From the NCBI GenBank assembly GCA_945883905.1, contig CAMCYL010000006.1, positions 1 to 58,588 of the forward strand: a stretch of DNA of 58,588 nt. The letters are read 5' to 3'. A program made the translations under genes and the position numbers. Below the pieces are notes generated by a model that did no database searches, was not told the origin of the DNA, and was given only the letters and a program-made list of their open reading frames with translations. Origin of the DNA: Akkermansia muciniphila (GTDB lineage Bacteria > Verrucomicrobiota > Verrucomicrobiia > Methylacidiphilales > CAMAQI01). Numbering within the stretch: position 1 is the first letter of the stretch; every line of letters starts with the position of its first letter. This document shows, piece after piece, positions 30,262 to 39,499 of the stretch.

Positions 30262-31614
30262 ATGAGCAATCGTCATATTGTTGTTTTAGGAAATGGAATC
30301 ACTGGAATCACCGCTGCCCGTACACTACGCAAGCGTTCAAATCATCGAATTACGGTGGTTTCAGGAGAAACCGATCACCATTTCTCTCGAACTGCTCTCA
30401 TGTATATCTTTATGGGAGATATGCGCTACGAGGATACGAAACCGTATCCGGATGATTTTTGGCCGAAAAATCGTATTGAGCTTAAAAGAGGATGGGTTCA
30501 GTCGATCAATACTCAGCAAAAGCAGCTTTTATTCAAAAATCAAGAGTCCCTAAGCTATGACACCCTGATCTTAGCGACCGGTTCGAAACCGAATCGTTTT
30601 GCGTGGCCGGGTGAGGAACTTGAGGGTGTTCAGGGGTTATATTCTTATCAAGATCTAGAAATGATGGAGCGAAACGTAAAAGGGGCGAAACGCGCCGTTT
30701 TAGTCGGAGGAGGTTTAATTGGGGTTGAGGTGGCTGAAATGCTTTTATCGCGAGGAGTTCAGGTCACCTTCTTGGTTCGCGAAAAAACTTTTTGGGGCTC
30801 TGTATTACCTAAAGAGGAGTCGGCGATGATTAATCGTGAGATTCGTGCCCATGGGGTCGATCTTCGATTAGAGACCGGCCTTCAGGAGATCTTGGCAAAT
30901 ACAGCAGGAGGAGTTCGTGCCGTTCGGACTCTTACAGGAGAGGAGATTCCCTGCGAAATGGTCTTTTTGACCGCAGGAGTCAGTCCTCAAATTGAAATGG
31001 TTAAGGATTCGGGAATTGACTGTGATCGTGGCATTTTAGTGGATCGTTTTCTCAGGACCTCGGCCCCTGATGTTTGGGCTGGGGGCGATTGCGCTCAACA
31101 TCGTGAAGTCCCCGAGGGACGACGTCCCGTCGAACAGGTCTGGTACACCGGGAAAATTCAAGGAGAACGAATGGCAGCCAATATCTGTGGTGACCATTCC
31201 GAATATGACCCAGGGATTTGGTTTAATTCAGCCAAGTTCTTTGATATTGAATATCAAACTTACGGATTGGTGATGCCAAAACTCAAGCAGGGAGAGAAAA
31301 CTTTTTATTGGGAACACCCCGAGGGAAATAAATCGATTCGCATCAACTTTGAAGAGTCATCTGGCGCGGTCTTAGGGATGAATGTCTTCGGAATACGCCA
31401 TCGTCATGCCCTCTGGGAAAAATGGATTTTAGAAAAAACCTCTATCCAAGAGGTATTGAGTCATTTAGGAGCCGCGAATTTTGATCCAGAGTTTTATAAG
31501 CAATATGAATCAGAAATCATCCATGCCTTTAATCTTCACTATCCCAATCAATCGGTCGAACTAAAAACAAAAAAGGGACTTTTTTCGAAGTTCCTTGAAG
31601 AGTTTTTTAAATAA
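30262..31614 (+). CDS. NAD(P)/FAD-dependent oxidoreductase (ferredoxin/rubredoxin reductase-like)
   Basis: GNGITG, LILATGS, VGGGLIGVE, TSAPDVWAGGD. Confidence 0.9.
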   Translation: MSNRHIVVLGNGITGITAARTLRKRSNHRITVVSGETDHHFSRTALMYIFMGDMRYEDTKPYPDDFWPKNRIELKRGWVQSINTQQKQLLFKNQESLSYDTLILATGSKPNRFAWPGEELEGVQGLYSYQDLEMMERNVKGAKRAVLVGGGLIGVEVAEMLLSRGVQVTFLVREKTFWGSVLPKEESAMINREIRAHGVDLRLETGLQEILANTAGGVRAVRTLTGEEIPCEMVFLTAGVSPQIEMVKDSGIDCDRGILVDRFLRTSAPDVWAGGDCAQHREVPEGRRPVEQVWYTGKIQGERMAANICGDHSEYDPGIWFNSAKFFDIEYQTYGLVMPKLKQGEKTFYWEHPEGNKSIRINFEESSGAVLGMNVFGIRHRHALWEKWILEKTSIQEVLSHLGAANFDPEFYKQYESEIIHAFNLHYPNQSVELKTKKGLFSKFLEEFFK

Positions 31615-31633
31615 ATTCAAAAAAGAGAAACCC

Positions 31634-33007
31634 ATGAGTGATATCACCGCCAACCTTGCCTATGAAAGTCATTCCATTGCTCATCATGGACCTCGTCTTA
31701 GAATCCGTGAAAAAATAGCTCTCACCGCAATGGCCTTAGGCTCGATGTTTTTAGCCCTTTCACTCATTGCCGTGAATGCGGGAACTTCGGAAATGATCAA
31801 AAGTCTCTGGTTTAATTTCTCCTGGATCCTCGCGATCGGGGGGGGTGGCTACTTTGCTCTTTCAAAGCATCTGATGGATCGTCCAGGAGTTCGAAACCAA
31901 GGAAAAACAACAGATAGTTTAACCTCGCGAGGAGCTTGGGGGTGGATGATCGGAATTGTTTTTACCTCCTTTTATATTTGTCTTTATTGGTTTCCTGGAC
32001 AACTTGAAGGGCTTGTCCGGATCCATGATCCATTCAGTCTATTCATGCGTGGGCGTGCGGCTGATGAATGGTTTGTCTATGGCACGATCTACACGATTTT
32101 AACGCTTTTGATGGGAGCTAAGGCGATTGCGAAATATCGACACAATCGGTATCAAATCATTCGAACCAGCGTAATCATGATCGTCCAGCTGAGTTTTTCT
32201 TATCTTTTTCCAGTGCTTGCTGCAAAATTCTCTCAACCTGAAATCTATTTTAGCTATTTATGGCCTCTCGCTTACGATAAACTTTTTCCCGGATCGATTG
32301 ATCATTTTCTGCATTCAGGAGCGATTGGCTATTTTATCATTGGCTGGTTTGTGATTGGAACCTTTGTTGCAACTCCTGTTTTAACTTATTACTTTGGAAA
32401 GCGTTGGTACTGTTCCTGGGTGTGCGGCTGCGGGGGATTAGCAAATACAATGGGGGATTCCTGGAGACAAGTTTCAGACAAATCTTTAAAATCATGGAAA
32501 ATTGAACGATGGACGATTCATACTGTTTTGGCTTTTATCGTCATCTTAACTTTAATTCTTTGGTTTGAGCCTTATCTACCTGTCCTCTTTAAAGAGATCG
32601 CTTTTCAAATGAGAAAGTTCTATGCCTTTGTAATCGGTGCTGCATTTTCTGGAGTTATTGGAGTGGGATTCTATCCCTTGATGGGAACAAGAGTTTGGTG
32701 TCGTTTTGGATGTCCCATGGCGGCGGTATTAGGGTTATTACAACGATTCAATTCTCGTTTCCGAATTACGACCAATGGGGCACAATGTATCTCCTGCGGA
32801 AATTGCTCAAAATATTGCGAAATGGGAATCGATGTTCGTCACTATGCACAACGGGGACAAAATATTATTCGCGCCTCCTGTGTCGGCTGTGGAATTTGTG
32901 CGACCGTTTGTCCTCGGGGGGTCTTATCGTTAGAAAATGGCCCCCAGGAGAATCGTTACAATCAGGAGCAAGGCTTATCTCTCTTGGGAAAAATGAAATC
33001 AAAATAA
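31634..33007 (+). CDS. Membrane-bound 4Fe-4S protein (NapH/MauN/YccM-like)
   Basis: RWYCSWVCGCG, WCRFGCP, two ferredoxin motifs CISCGNCSKYC and CVGCGICATVCP; multiple TM helices; start likely ATG 31634. Confidence 0.85.
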   Translation: MSDITANLAYESHSIAHHGPRLRIREKIALTAMALGSMFLALSLIAVNAGTSEMIKSLWFNFSWILAIGGGGYFALSKHLMDRPGVRNQGKTTDSLTSRGAWGWMIGIVFTSFYICLYWFPGQLEGLVRIHDPFSLFMRGRAADEWFVYGTIYTILTLLMGAKAIAKYRHNRYQIIRTSVIMIVQLSFSYLFPVLAAKFSQPEIYFSYLWPLAYDKLFPGSIDHFLHSGAIGYFIIGWFVIGTFVATPVLTYYFGKRWYCSWVCGCGGLANTMGDSWRQVSDKSLKSWKIERWTIHTVLAFIVILTLILWFEPYLPVLFKEIAFQMRKFYAFVIGAAFSGVIGVGFYPLMGTRVWCRFGCPMAAVLGLLQRFNSRFRITTNGAQCISCGNCSKYCEMGIDVRHYAQRGQNIIRASCVGCGICATVCPRGVLSLENGPQENRYNQEQGLSLLGKMKSK

Positions 33008-33134
33008 AGAGGCTGACCTTCCCGCCTCAATGAGCTCAGGAAAAGAGAAAAATGCTCGATTCTAAAATCATTTATCTTTTTTTTCTCATTTTGAAATATA
33101 AACTCGTTTTAACCCCTAAAAATTAAAGGACACG

Positions 33135-33902
33135 ATGATAGGACTTATTTCAGGCTCTGGATTTTATGACGTCGAGGGTTTTAAATCTTGCGTTGTGGAG
33201 AATCGCTACGGCTCCGCTCAACTGCTACAGGGGGAGATCGCTGGTAAAAAAATCCTCCTGCTTCCACGACATGGAAAAGATCATCAATATCTTCCCCATC
33301 ATATCAATCATCGAGCAAATCTGTTGGCCCTCAAACAACAGGGAGCAACGATCGTTATTTCAACCTCCGTTTGTGGATTACTTCGCTCCGATTGGTCCTT
33401 GGGAGAGCCGATGCTCGGGAACGATTTAATCTTTGAAGAAAACCGACTTCCTGGAGGAGAGATCTGTACTATTTTTGACCAACCTGGTGAAACGGGTCGT
33501 GGACATCTCATTGCCGGTTCTTTTTTTGACGCGGAGCTCAATGCGGTAATTCGTCAAACTTGGGAAAAAGAGTTTCCGATCATTCGTGAAGGCACTTATG
33601 TCCAAGCCAATGGACCCCGATTTAACTCGAAAGCAGAAATAAAAAAAATACGTTCTGCAGGAGGAGACTTTATCTCCCAGACTTGTGGTCCCGAAGCGAT
33701 CTTAGCAAATGAGTTAGAGCTCCCCTATGCGCTTGTCGCTTTTTCAATTGATTATGCAAATGGAGTTACGCAGGAACCCACCTCAATGGAGGAACTAAAC
33801 TCCAATCTCAAAAAAGGGAGTCATTTGTTTCATCGACTTTTAGAAACATTACCCTCAGAAATTACGAAGATCTCCTTCAAGAACTTCCTCTATCGTTTTT
33901 AG
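33135..33902 (+). CDS. MTAP-family purine nucleoside / methylthioadenosine phosphorylase
   Basis: IGLISGSGFY, LPRHGKDH, INHRANL, NGPRFNSKAE, PEAILANEL, DY. Confidence 0.85.
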   Translation: MIGLISGSGFYDVEGFKSCVVENRYGSAQLLQGEIAGKKILLLPRHGKDHQYLPHHINHRANLLALKQQGATIVISTSVCGLLRSDWSLGEPMLGNDLIFEENRLPGGEICTIFDQPGETGRGHLIAGSFFDAELNAVIRQTWEKEFPIIREGTYVQANGPRFNSKAEIKKIRSAGGDFISQTCGPEAILANELELPYALVAFSIDYANGVTQEPTSMEELNSNLKKGSHLFHRLLETLPSEITKISFKNFLYRF

Positions 33903-33963
33903 GTTGAAAGATCGGTGAACTTCTCAGACACCGCAATCATTGGGGAGGTTTTTTCTTGATAAA

Positions 33964-34587
33964 TTAAGTGATAGATCTCCATTCACTTTGACGACTGCGC
34001 TGAAGTGCGTCGAGGTCATCAATATCTTCAACAATCGCTAAATCATAGACCTTAAGTTTAAGATCGTTTATCGCCAACTTTGTATCGGAAAAAACCGTTG
34101 AACTGCTCCAGGGAATATCTCGAAATAACTCTGGATAGTATTGGTTTAAAATCAAAAGTGCATATCCTCCATCCAAAGTCGGAGCAATGGTGGCGTCAAA
34201 CAATCTCGATTCTTCTCCCGCCTCTTGCAGATATTTTAGGGTAAGATCTGGGCAATCCCCTCCCATCAACGCCACTCGATCTGCTCCTTGGGATAAAGAG
34301 TTCTGAAGCGCTGCCGTTAATCTCACCCCAAGATCTCCTTCAGGCTGTGGAAAAAAAGAGATTGCTCGCGATCTCAAAGGGGAGAGCCATTCCTGCATCT
34401 GCTTTTGGGCTGCGACCGGAGCAAAATAAATGTCGATCTCCCAATCTGCGGGAAGCTGAGAAAGCTGCCATTCAACGAGCCGTATGTAGATCCGTTTCGC
34501 CTCTTCCGCCCCTAATGATGAAGCAAGTCGTGTTTTAACGGTTCCAAGAATAGGTGCCTTTAAAAGGAGCGCGGCACGGATTTTCAT
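33964..34587 (-). CDS. TIGR04282/DUF2064-family arsenosugar-associated transferase (CofC-like fold)
   Basis: KAPILGTVKTRL, QPEGDLGVRL, MGGDCPDL, PTLDGGY, IPWSS, DIDDLD; true start ATG 34587 (ATGA overlap). Confidence 0.88.
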   Translation of the reverse strand: MKIRAALLLKAPILGTVKTRLASSLGAEEAKRIYIRLVEWQLSQLPADWEIDIYFAPVAAQKQMQEWLSPLRSRAISFFPQPEGDLGVRLTAALQNSLSQGADRVALMGGDCPDLTLKYLQEAGEESRLFDATIAPTLDGGYALLILNQYYPELFRDIPWSSSTVFSDTKLAINDLKLKVYDLAIVEDIDDLDALQRSRQSEWRSIT

Positions 34588-35867
34588 GAATTTCTCTCCT
34601 GAGGCAAGGAGCGCATCGATAATAAAAATCCAAGGATCAGAGGAGCCCACATTAAAAATGCAATTTGAGGAGGGAGCTCCCATTGCCCCCCAGGCGATTG
34701 AAAGTAATGATGAATCGAAAAATAAAAAAAACCGCTGATCGAAATCGCAATCGACCCCCGATTTCGCGTCAGAACAGCAAAAGGAATCATCCAAGTAAAA
34801 TACCAAGCATGCATCATGGGAGAGAAGATCCAGAGAAGAAAGAAAATCCATTCGACCGCTCTTTCATAGCTCCGAATTCGAAAGATCGTCACAAGCCAAC
34901 AAAGAGCCAACGGAAATAAAAACCAATCGTTATGCTTCAAACTTTCTTTCCAGAAATAACCGACAAAGGCAGGAATGAGTTCAACACTTCTTACATATTG
35001 AGTGAAATGCTGTGGGAAGATCTGCAAAGTCCATTCGTTCGTCCAAAAACTCAGTAAGGTCCAGGAGCCGATCATCGGCAGCGAAAGGGCGAGGAAAATT
35101 AAAAAAAGTTTTTGATGTTTTTTTGAGCAAAAGACCTGCCACAAAATCCAACCGGCGAGAGGAAGGGCGATCCATTTTAGAGCGATTCCGGCCCCAATCG
35201 CAAAAGAGGCCTGAATTAATTTTTCTTTTCGATAACAGATCCACCCGAAAACCAATGCAAGAATAAAAAGACTGTCGTAATGCCCCCCTCCAGCAAAACA
35301 ATAAATCACCAAGGGGTTCCATGCATAAAGTCGAGACTCTCTTTGTCCGAATTCACGAACGAGTAAAAAAAGAACGCTGAGATCCGCACAGGCAAAAACA
35401 GTTTTAAAGAAGAAGGGAGTTGGTGAAAGAATTGAGAAAAAAGCGAAAAGGAATTCGGCAAAGGGCGGATAGATGGCTGTTACCCCCTTGTACTCCACCG
35501 CTTTCCATACGGTATCACGAAGACCTTCCAAAAGCGCAGCCTCTGGCGGATGTAGATAGGGATTCAATCCGGAAAAAAGAACCCTCCCCTCCCAAATATA
35601 GCGATAGATATCATCTCCGGGAACCTGCCATAAAAGAATCAACCGAGGAAGGATAGCCACTCCCCAAAAAATCGCTGGAGAGAGATTTGAAACTTGAAAA
35701 CTACAAATAAAACCAAAACAAAGTAAAAGGGCTCCTAAAAGAAAAAAGGGGACCGTTCCGAACTCATTTAAACGCCCAAAAGAAAGCATCAACAGAGCCC
35801 CTCCGATAAGAAAGAGAACTGAAAAAAAAGTTGTCACATTATTTTTGGAGGAAAAAATTAATTTCAT
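34584..35867 (-). CDS. GT-C (GT87/mannosyltransferase-like) integral membrane glycosyltransferase
   Basis: DDIYRYIWEG, NPY, IYPP, YAWNPL, GHYD, SPMMHAWY; about 11 TM helices. Confidence 0.82.
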   Translation of the reverse strand: MKLIFSSKNNVTTFFSVLFLIGGALLMLSFGRLNEFGTVPFFLLGALLLCFGFICSFQVSNLSPAIFWGVAILPRLILLWQVPGDDIYRYIWEGRVLFSGLNPYLHPPEAALLEGLRDTVWKAVEYKGVTAIYPPFAEFLFAFFSILSPTPFFFKTVFACADLSVLFLLVREFGQRESRLYAWNPLVIYCFAGGGHYDSLFILALVFGWICYRKEKLIQASFAIGAGIALKWIALPLAGWILWQVFCSKKHQKLFLIFLALSLPMIGSWTLLSFWTNEWTLQIFPQHFTQYVRSVELIPAFVGYFWKESLKHNDWFLFPLALCWLVTIFRIRSYERAVEWIFFLLWIFSPMMHAWYFTWMIPFAVLTRNRGSIAISISGFFYFSIHHYFQSPGGQWELPPQIAFLMWAPLILGFLLSMRSLPQERNS

Positions 35868-35977
35868 CTCAGATAAGAGACATTAACTCTTCATTTTATT
35901 CTTAAAATAAGAAAAAAGGGCAAATACCCGTTCAATTTCTTGCTTTCCTGATGCAAGCGCACTCTTATAATCCTGAG

Positions 35978-36790
35978 ATGAACTTAGATCTTCCCATGAA
36001 TGAAGGACTCTGGTTTTTAATCGGAACCGTTCTCGTTGGAATCGGAACCTTCGTCTCCTTTCTTTCGAACCGAAATAGTACCTTCTCTCGTCGAGGAGTC
36101 CAACTCCTTCTCGGCTTTGCTTTAATCGCGCTCTCTCTCTTTCTCCTCCAGCGAGGAGAAATCATCCATCGCTGCCCGCTCACCAACGGATTTGAAGCCA
36201 CTGTTTTTCTAACCTGGGGTCTGATTCTCACTTACTTCCTCATCGGAACCTCCTACCAACTCTCCATCCTCGGATCCTTCACCGCTCCACTCGCCCTCCT
36301 CTTTCTTGTTTTAGCCGGACTCTTCGCCTCCGATCAGCCCTCCACAAATCTTGATCCCATCCGTTGGAGCTCCGAATTTCATGCCGCCATTAGTATTCTC
36401 TCCTACGGAACACTCGGACTCGCCGCCATCTGTAGCGGAATGTATCTCATCCAAGAACATCACCTCAAAAATCATACCTTCTCAGGATGGTTCAATCGAC
36501 TCCCCAGCATGGGAGATCTCGAAATTGTCCTCCATCGTCTCCTTCGTTGGGGATTTCTCTTGATGACCCTCGGAATGCTCAGTGGCCTCGCCTCTGGACT
36601 TTTTAATCAGGTCTCCTCTGTTAAACTTCTTTGGGCAACGATTGTTTGGATCTGGTATTTTGGCCTCCTCCTCTCCCCCTCTCTCCTTCGCCTCAGCCAC
36701 CGCCGTTTTGCATGGGCCGCCCTGCTCGGATATTTTCTTGTCCTCCTCTCGTTCTGGATCATGAACTCTCTATTAGGGAAAAATCCATGA
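35978..36790 (+). CDS. ccsA: Cytochrome c biogenesis CcsA/HemX-like membrane protein
   Basis: RCPLTN.FE, FHAAISILSYG, MYLIQEHHLK, RLPS; coupled to hemA; ATG 35978 preceded by TATAAT-N6. Confidence 0.8.
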   Translation: MNLDLPMNEGLWFLIGTVLVGIGTFVSFLSNRNSTFSRRGVQLLLGFALIALSLFLLQRGEIIHRCPLTNGFEATVFLTWGLILTYFLIGTSYQLSILGSFTAPLALLFLVLAGLFASDQPSTNLDPIRWSSEFHAAISILSYGTLGLAAICSGMYLIQEHHLKNHTFSGWFNRLPSMGDLEIVLHRLLRWGFLLMTLGMLSGLASGLFNQVSSVKLLWATIVWIWYFGLLLSPSLLRLSHRRFAWAALLGYFLVLLSFWIMNSLLGKNP

Positions 36791-37842
36791 CCGGACCTCG
36801 CCTCGTCTGCGGAGGAATTAGCTTTCATGAGGCTCCTGTCGAAATCTTGGAAAAGGTCTCTTTTCCAAAAGAGAGCCATCCTCAACTCCTTCGCCAACTC
36901 CAATCAGAACTCGATCTTGAGGAGATCGTCCTCCTCTCCACCTGCAATCGAGTCGAGTTTTTTGCCATTGCCAAGCCCACCTCAATCCCCTCCGTGCAAT
37001 GGCCTGATTTTCTTCAACGCTACCACCAAATCCCTGAAACCATCTCCGACCATACCTTTTGTGTCGAAGGAACCGCTTGTATCGAACATCTCTTTGAAGT
37101 CGCCTCCGGACTTCAATCCATGGTCGTTGGTGAAACTGAAATCTTCGGACAAATCAAAGAGGCCTACGAAACGGCAACAACCTATAAGACGACCGGAAAA
37201 TGGCTGCATAAACTTTTCCAATCCTCTTTCAGCGCGGCAAAAGAGGTCCGCTCTCAAACCGCCATCACTCGAGGCTCGGTCTCCGTCGGCTCGGTCTCCG
37301 TCGAACTCGCAGAGAAAATTTTTGGCTCCCTCAAAAACCGCAAAGCACTCGTTATTGGAGCAGGAGATACTAGCGAAAAAACGGCCCGCGCCCTCCAAAG
37401 TCGTGGTATCGCCTCACTCTTTGTCACCAATCGAACGGATGATCGAGCAGATCACCTCGCCCAAACCCTTCAAGGGGAGGCGATCCCATGGGATTTATGG
37501 AAAGAGAAAGCGATTGAGGTTGATATCCTCATTAGCTCAACCACAGCCCCTGATTTTCTTCTCCTTCAAGAAGAGGCGCAAACACTGATTCAACGACGAC
37601 GAGGTAATCCTCTCTTTCTCATCGATCTCGCAATCCCTCGTGATTTTGATCCCGAGATCAACAACCTCGATGGACTCTATCTCTATAATCTAGATGACCT
37701 ACAAAAAATCTCCTCGCAACATCTTCAAGACCGTGGAGGAGAGATCGAAAAAGCACGCCAAATTCTCCGGCCTCATGTTCATAAACTCATCGAATGGATC
37801 TCTAACCATAAAAAAATGACCCAATCAAAACTCAATCATTAA
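36787..37842 (+). CDS. hemA: Glutamyl-tRNA reductase (short C-terminus)
   Basis: LSTCNRVE, VASGLQSMVVGETEIFGQ, IGAGD, IDLAIPRD; start ATG 36787 overlaps the ccsA stop. Confidence 0.95.
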   Translation: MTGPRLVCGGISFHEAPVEILEKVSFPKESHPQLLRQLQSELDLEEIVLLSTCNRVEFFAIAKPTSIPSVQWPDFLQRYHQIPETISDHTFCVEGTACIEHLFEVASGLQSMVVGETEIFGQIKEAYETATTYKTTGKWLHKLFQSSFSAAKEVRSQTAITRGSVSVGSVSVELAEKIFGSLKNRKALVIGAGDTSEKTARALQSRGIASLFVTNRTDDRADHLAQTLQGEAIPWDLWKEKAIEVDILISSTTAPDFLLLQEEAQTLIQRRRGNPLFLIDLAIPRDFDPEINNLDGLYLYNLDDLQKISSQHLQDRGGEIEKARQILRPHVHKLIEWISNHKKMTQSKLNH

Positions 37843-37890
37843 TTTAAATACAAATTTACACTTCCCTCTCGCTTCTGTAATCATCAAGCC

Positions 37891-38664
37891 ATGGCTAACA
37901 ACACAAACTCCCTCATCCCTGTTTTGATCACCTCTCCCGAAGGAAAAGCAACACAACTCCTTCACCTCTCCCCCGCTGATCATACCCCCATTGCGGCACT
38001 CGATGTTCGCCCCTCGCTCCTCTTCACTCAAGAAGATAACCCTGGTCAGATCAATGATGAACTCCTCGACTTCAGCATCGAAGCGATTCGCGAAGCTCGA
38101 AAAATCGACCTCAGTGAAATCTCCGCCAGAATCGATCCCTCCATGACGAAAACCCCGAATACGTGGCCCGGACAACACTACAAACTCCTTGCCGCCATGA
38201 TAAAAAATCGGCAACCAAAACTTGTCATCGAAATCGGTACTGCAAGCGGTTACTCCTGTCTTAGTCTTAAAAAATCACTTCCCGCCGATGGGAAAATCGT
38301 CACTTTTGATATTATCCCTTGGCAACAATACCCCAATGTGGTGCTCACCGAGGAGGACTTTGCCGATGGACGCCTCAAACAGCAAATCGCCGATCTTACC
38401 CAGCCCCATGTCTTCAATTCCTTTAAAAAACTTCTCTCCCAAGCCGATTTCATCTTTGTTGACGCCGCAAAAGATGGCGTCATGGAAAAGACTTTCTTAA
38501 ATTTCTTTGAAAGCATTCCGTTTCAAAAGCCGCTCTTTATATTCTTCGATGATATCCGCCTCTGGAACATGCTCGAAATTTGGCGCGAAATCAAACGCCC
38601 CAAAATCGACCTCACCTCCTTCGGAAGCTGGAGCGGCAGCGGTCTCATTCACTGGATTCCTTAA
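37891..38664 (+). CDS. Class I SAM-dependent methyltransferase (Methyltransf_24-like)
   Basis: VIEIGTASGYS, VTFDI, FIFVDAAK, FFDDI. Confidence 0.8.
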   Translation: MANNTNSLIPVLITSPEGKATQLLHLSPADHTPIAALDVRPSLLFTQEDNPGQINDELLDFSIEAIREARKIDLSEISARIDPSMTKTPNTWPGQHYKLLAAMIKNRQPKLVIEIGTASGYSCLSLKKSLPADGKIVTFDIIPWQQYPNVVLTEEDFADGRLKQQIADLTQPHVFNSFKKLLSQADFIFVDAAKDGVMEKTFLNFFESIPFQKPLFIFFDDIRLWNMLEIWREIKRPKIDLTSFGSWSGSGLIHWIP

Positions 38665-38884
38665 AATTCAATCCAAAAACAGTTCTCGCGCACTCCCATC
38701 GCAGAGCGAAAATCCAAAAGGCAATCCGTCTGACCATAGGCCTCAACCTAAGTAAAAACGGGGTTCACCGCGGTGAAAATTAGATTTTCTCTTCTCCTTA
38801 AGTTAACGCACATGGTCAGCTAATGGGAAAAAACACGATGAAATCGTTGCATTTTAAAATACCCTTCTCTAATGATATTGCTCA

Positions 38885-39499
38885 ATGTATCTCCCTTTTC
38901 CTGAAGTGGATTCACTTCTAAAAAAATATGAGACGGAACCGGAACATGTTTTCCACGTCGCCACTTTAACCCTTCAGCTTTTCGATCAACTCCACCCTTG
39001 GCATCAACTCCCCCCCCGTGATCGAGAACTCCTCCATGCCGCCGCCCTCCTTCATGACATCGGATGGTCCCAAACAACCGATGGAAAGGGTCACCACAAG
39101 GAATCCCTTCGTTTAATTGATCAATCGACCTGGAGCTCAATCACTCACGAAGAGAAAAATATCCTCGCACAATCCGCTCGCTATCATCGAAAATCGATTC
39201 CCAATGCAAAACATGATCGTTTTATCCTCCTTCCTGCTTTAGAACAAATCAGGGTCCAAAAACTCTCCTCTCTTCTCCGAATCGGAGATGCCCTTGATCG
39301 CACTCACCGCCAACTGATCCAAAAAATTACGGTCATTATCCTCGATCATGAATTTCATTTTAAGCTCCTCTCTCCATCCCCTCTCGAAGCAGAAATTAAA
39401 ATGGCTGAAAACAAATCCGACCTTCTCCAACAAATCTCAGGTAAACAACTTTTTTTTAAAGTTGAAACCCTCTTCAAAAAAAATACTCTCTCTTTATGA
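38885..39499 (+). CDS. Stand-alone HD-domain protein (Ppx/GppA C-terminal type)
   Basis: HVFHV...LFDQL, AALLHDIG, HHKES, ARYHRK, LRIGDALD. Confidence 0.85.
   Translation: MYLPFPEVDSLLKKYETEPEHVFHVATLTLQLFDQLHPWHQLPPRDRELLHAAALLHDIGWSQTTDGKGHHKESLRLIDQSTWSSITHEEKNILAQSARYHRKSIPNAKHDRFILLPALEQIRVQKLSSLLRIGDALDRTHRQLIQKITVIILDHEFHFKLLSPSPLEAEIKMAENKSDLLQQISGKQLFFKVETLFKKNTLSL

Noticed and set aside
33964-34851. 295-aa ORF as listed in the track, and similar over-extended starts (36631, 31595, 49080, 12152, 3365)
   Set aside because: The extensions overlap neighbouring genes; downstream starts with ATGA coupling or SD fit better
36827-37588. 253-aa alternative-frame ORF inside hemA and the many short antisense ORFs in the track
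   Set aside because: Ser/Pro/Lys-rich shadow frames of well-supported genes with no recognisable motifs
36787-37842. hemA as a truncated pseudogene
   Set aside because: Catalytic and NADPH-binding motifs are intact; short forms lacking most of the dimerisation tail occur naturally
38764-38777. Perfect 14-bp palindrome TTCACCGCGGTGAA between the methyltransferase and HD genes
   Set aside because: Single occurrence, no T-tract or recognisable regulator consensus; function cannot be supported
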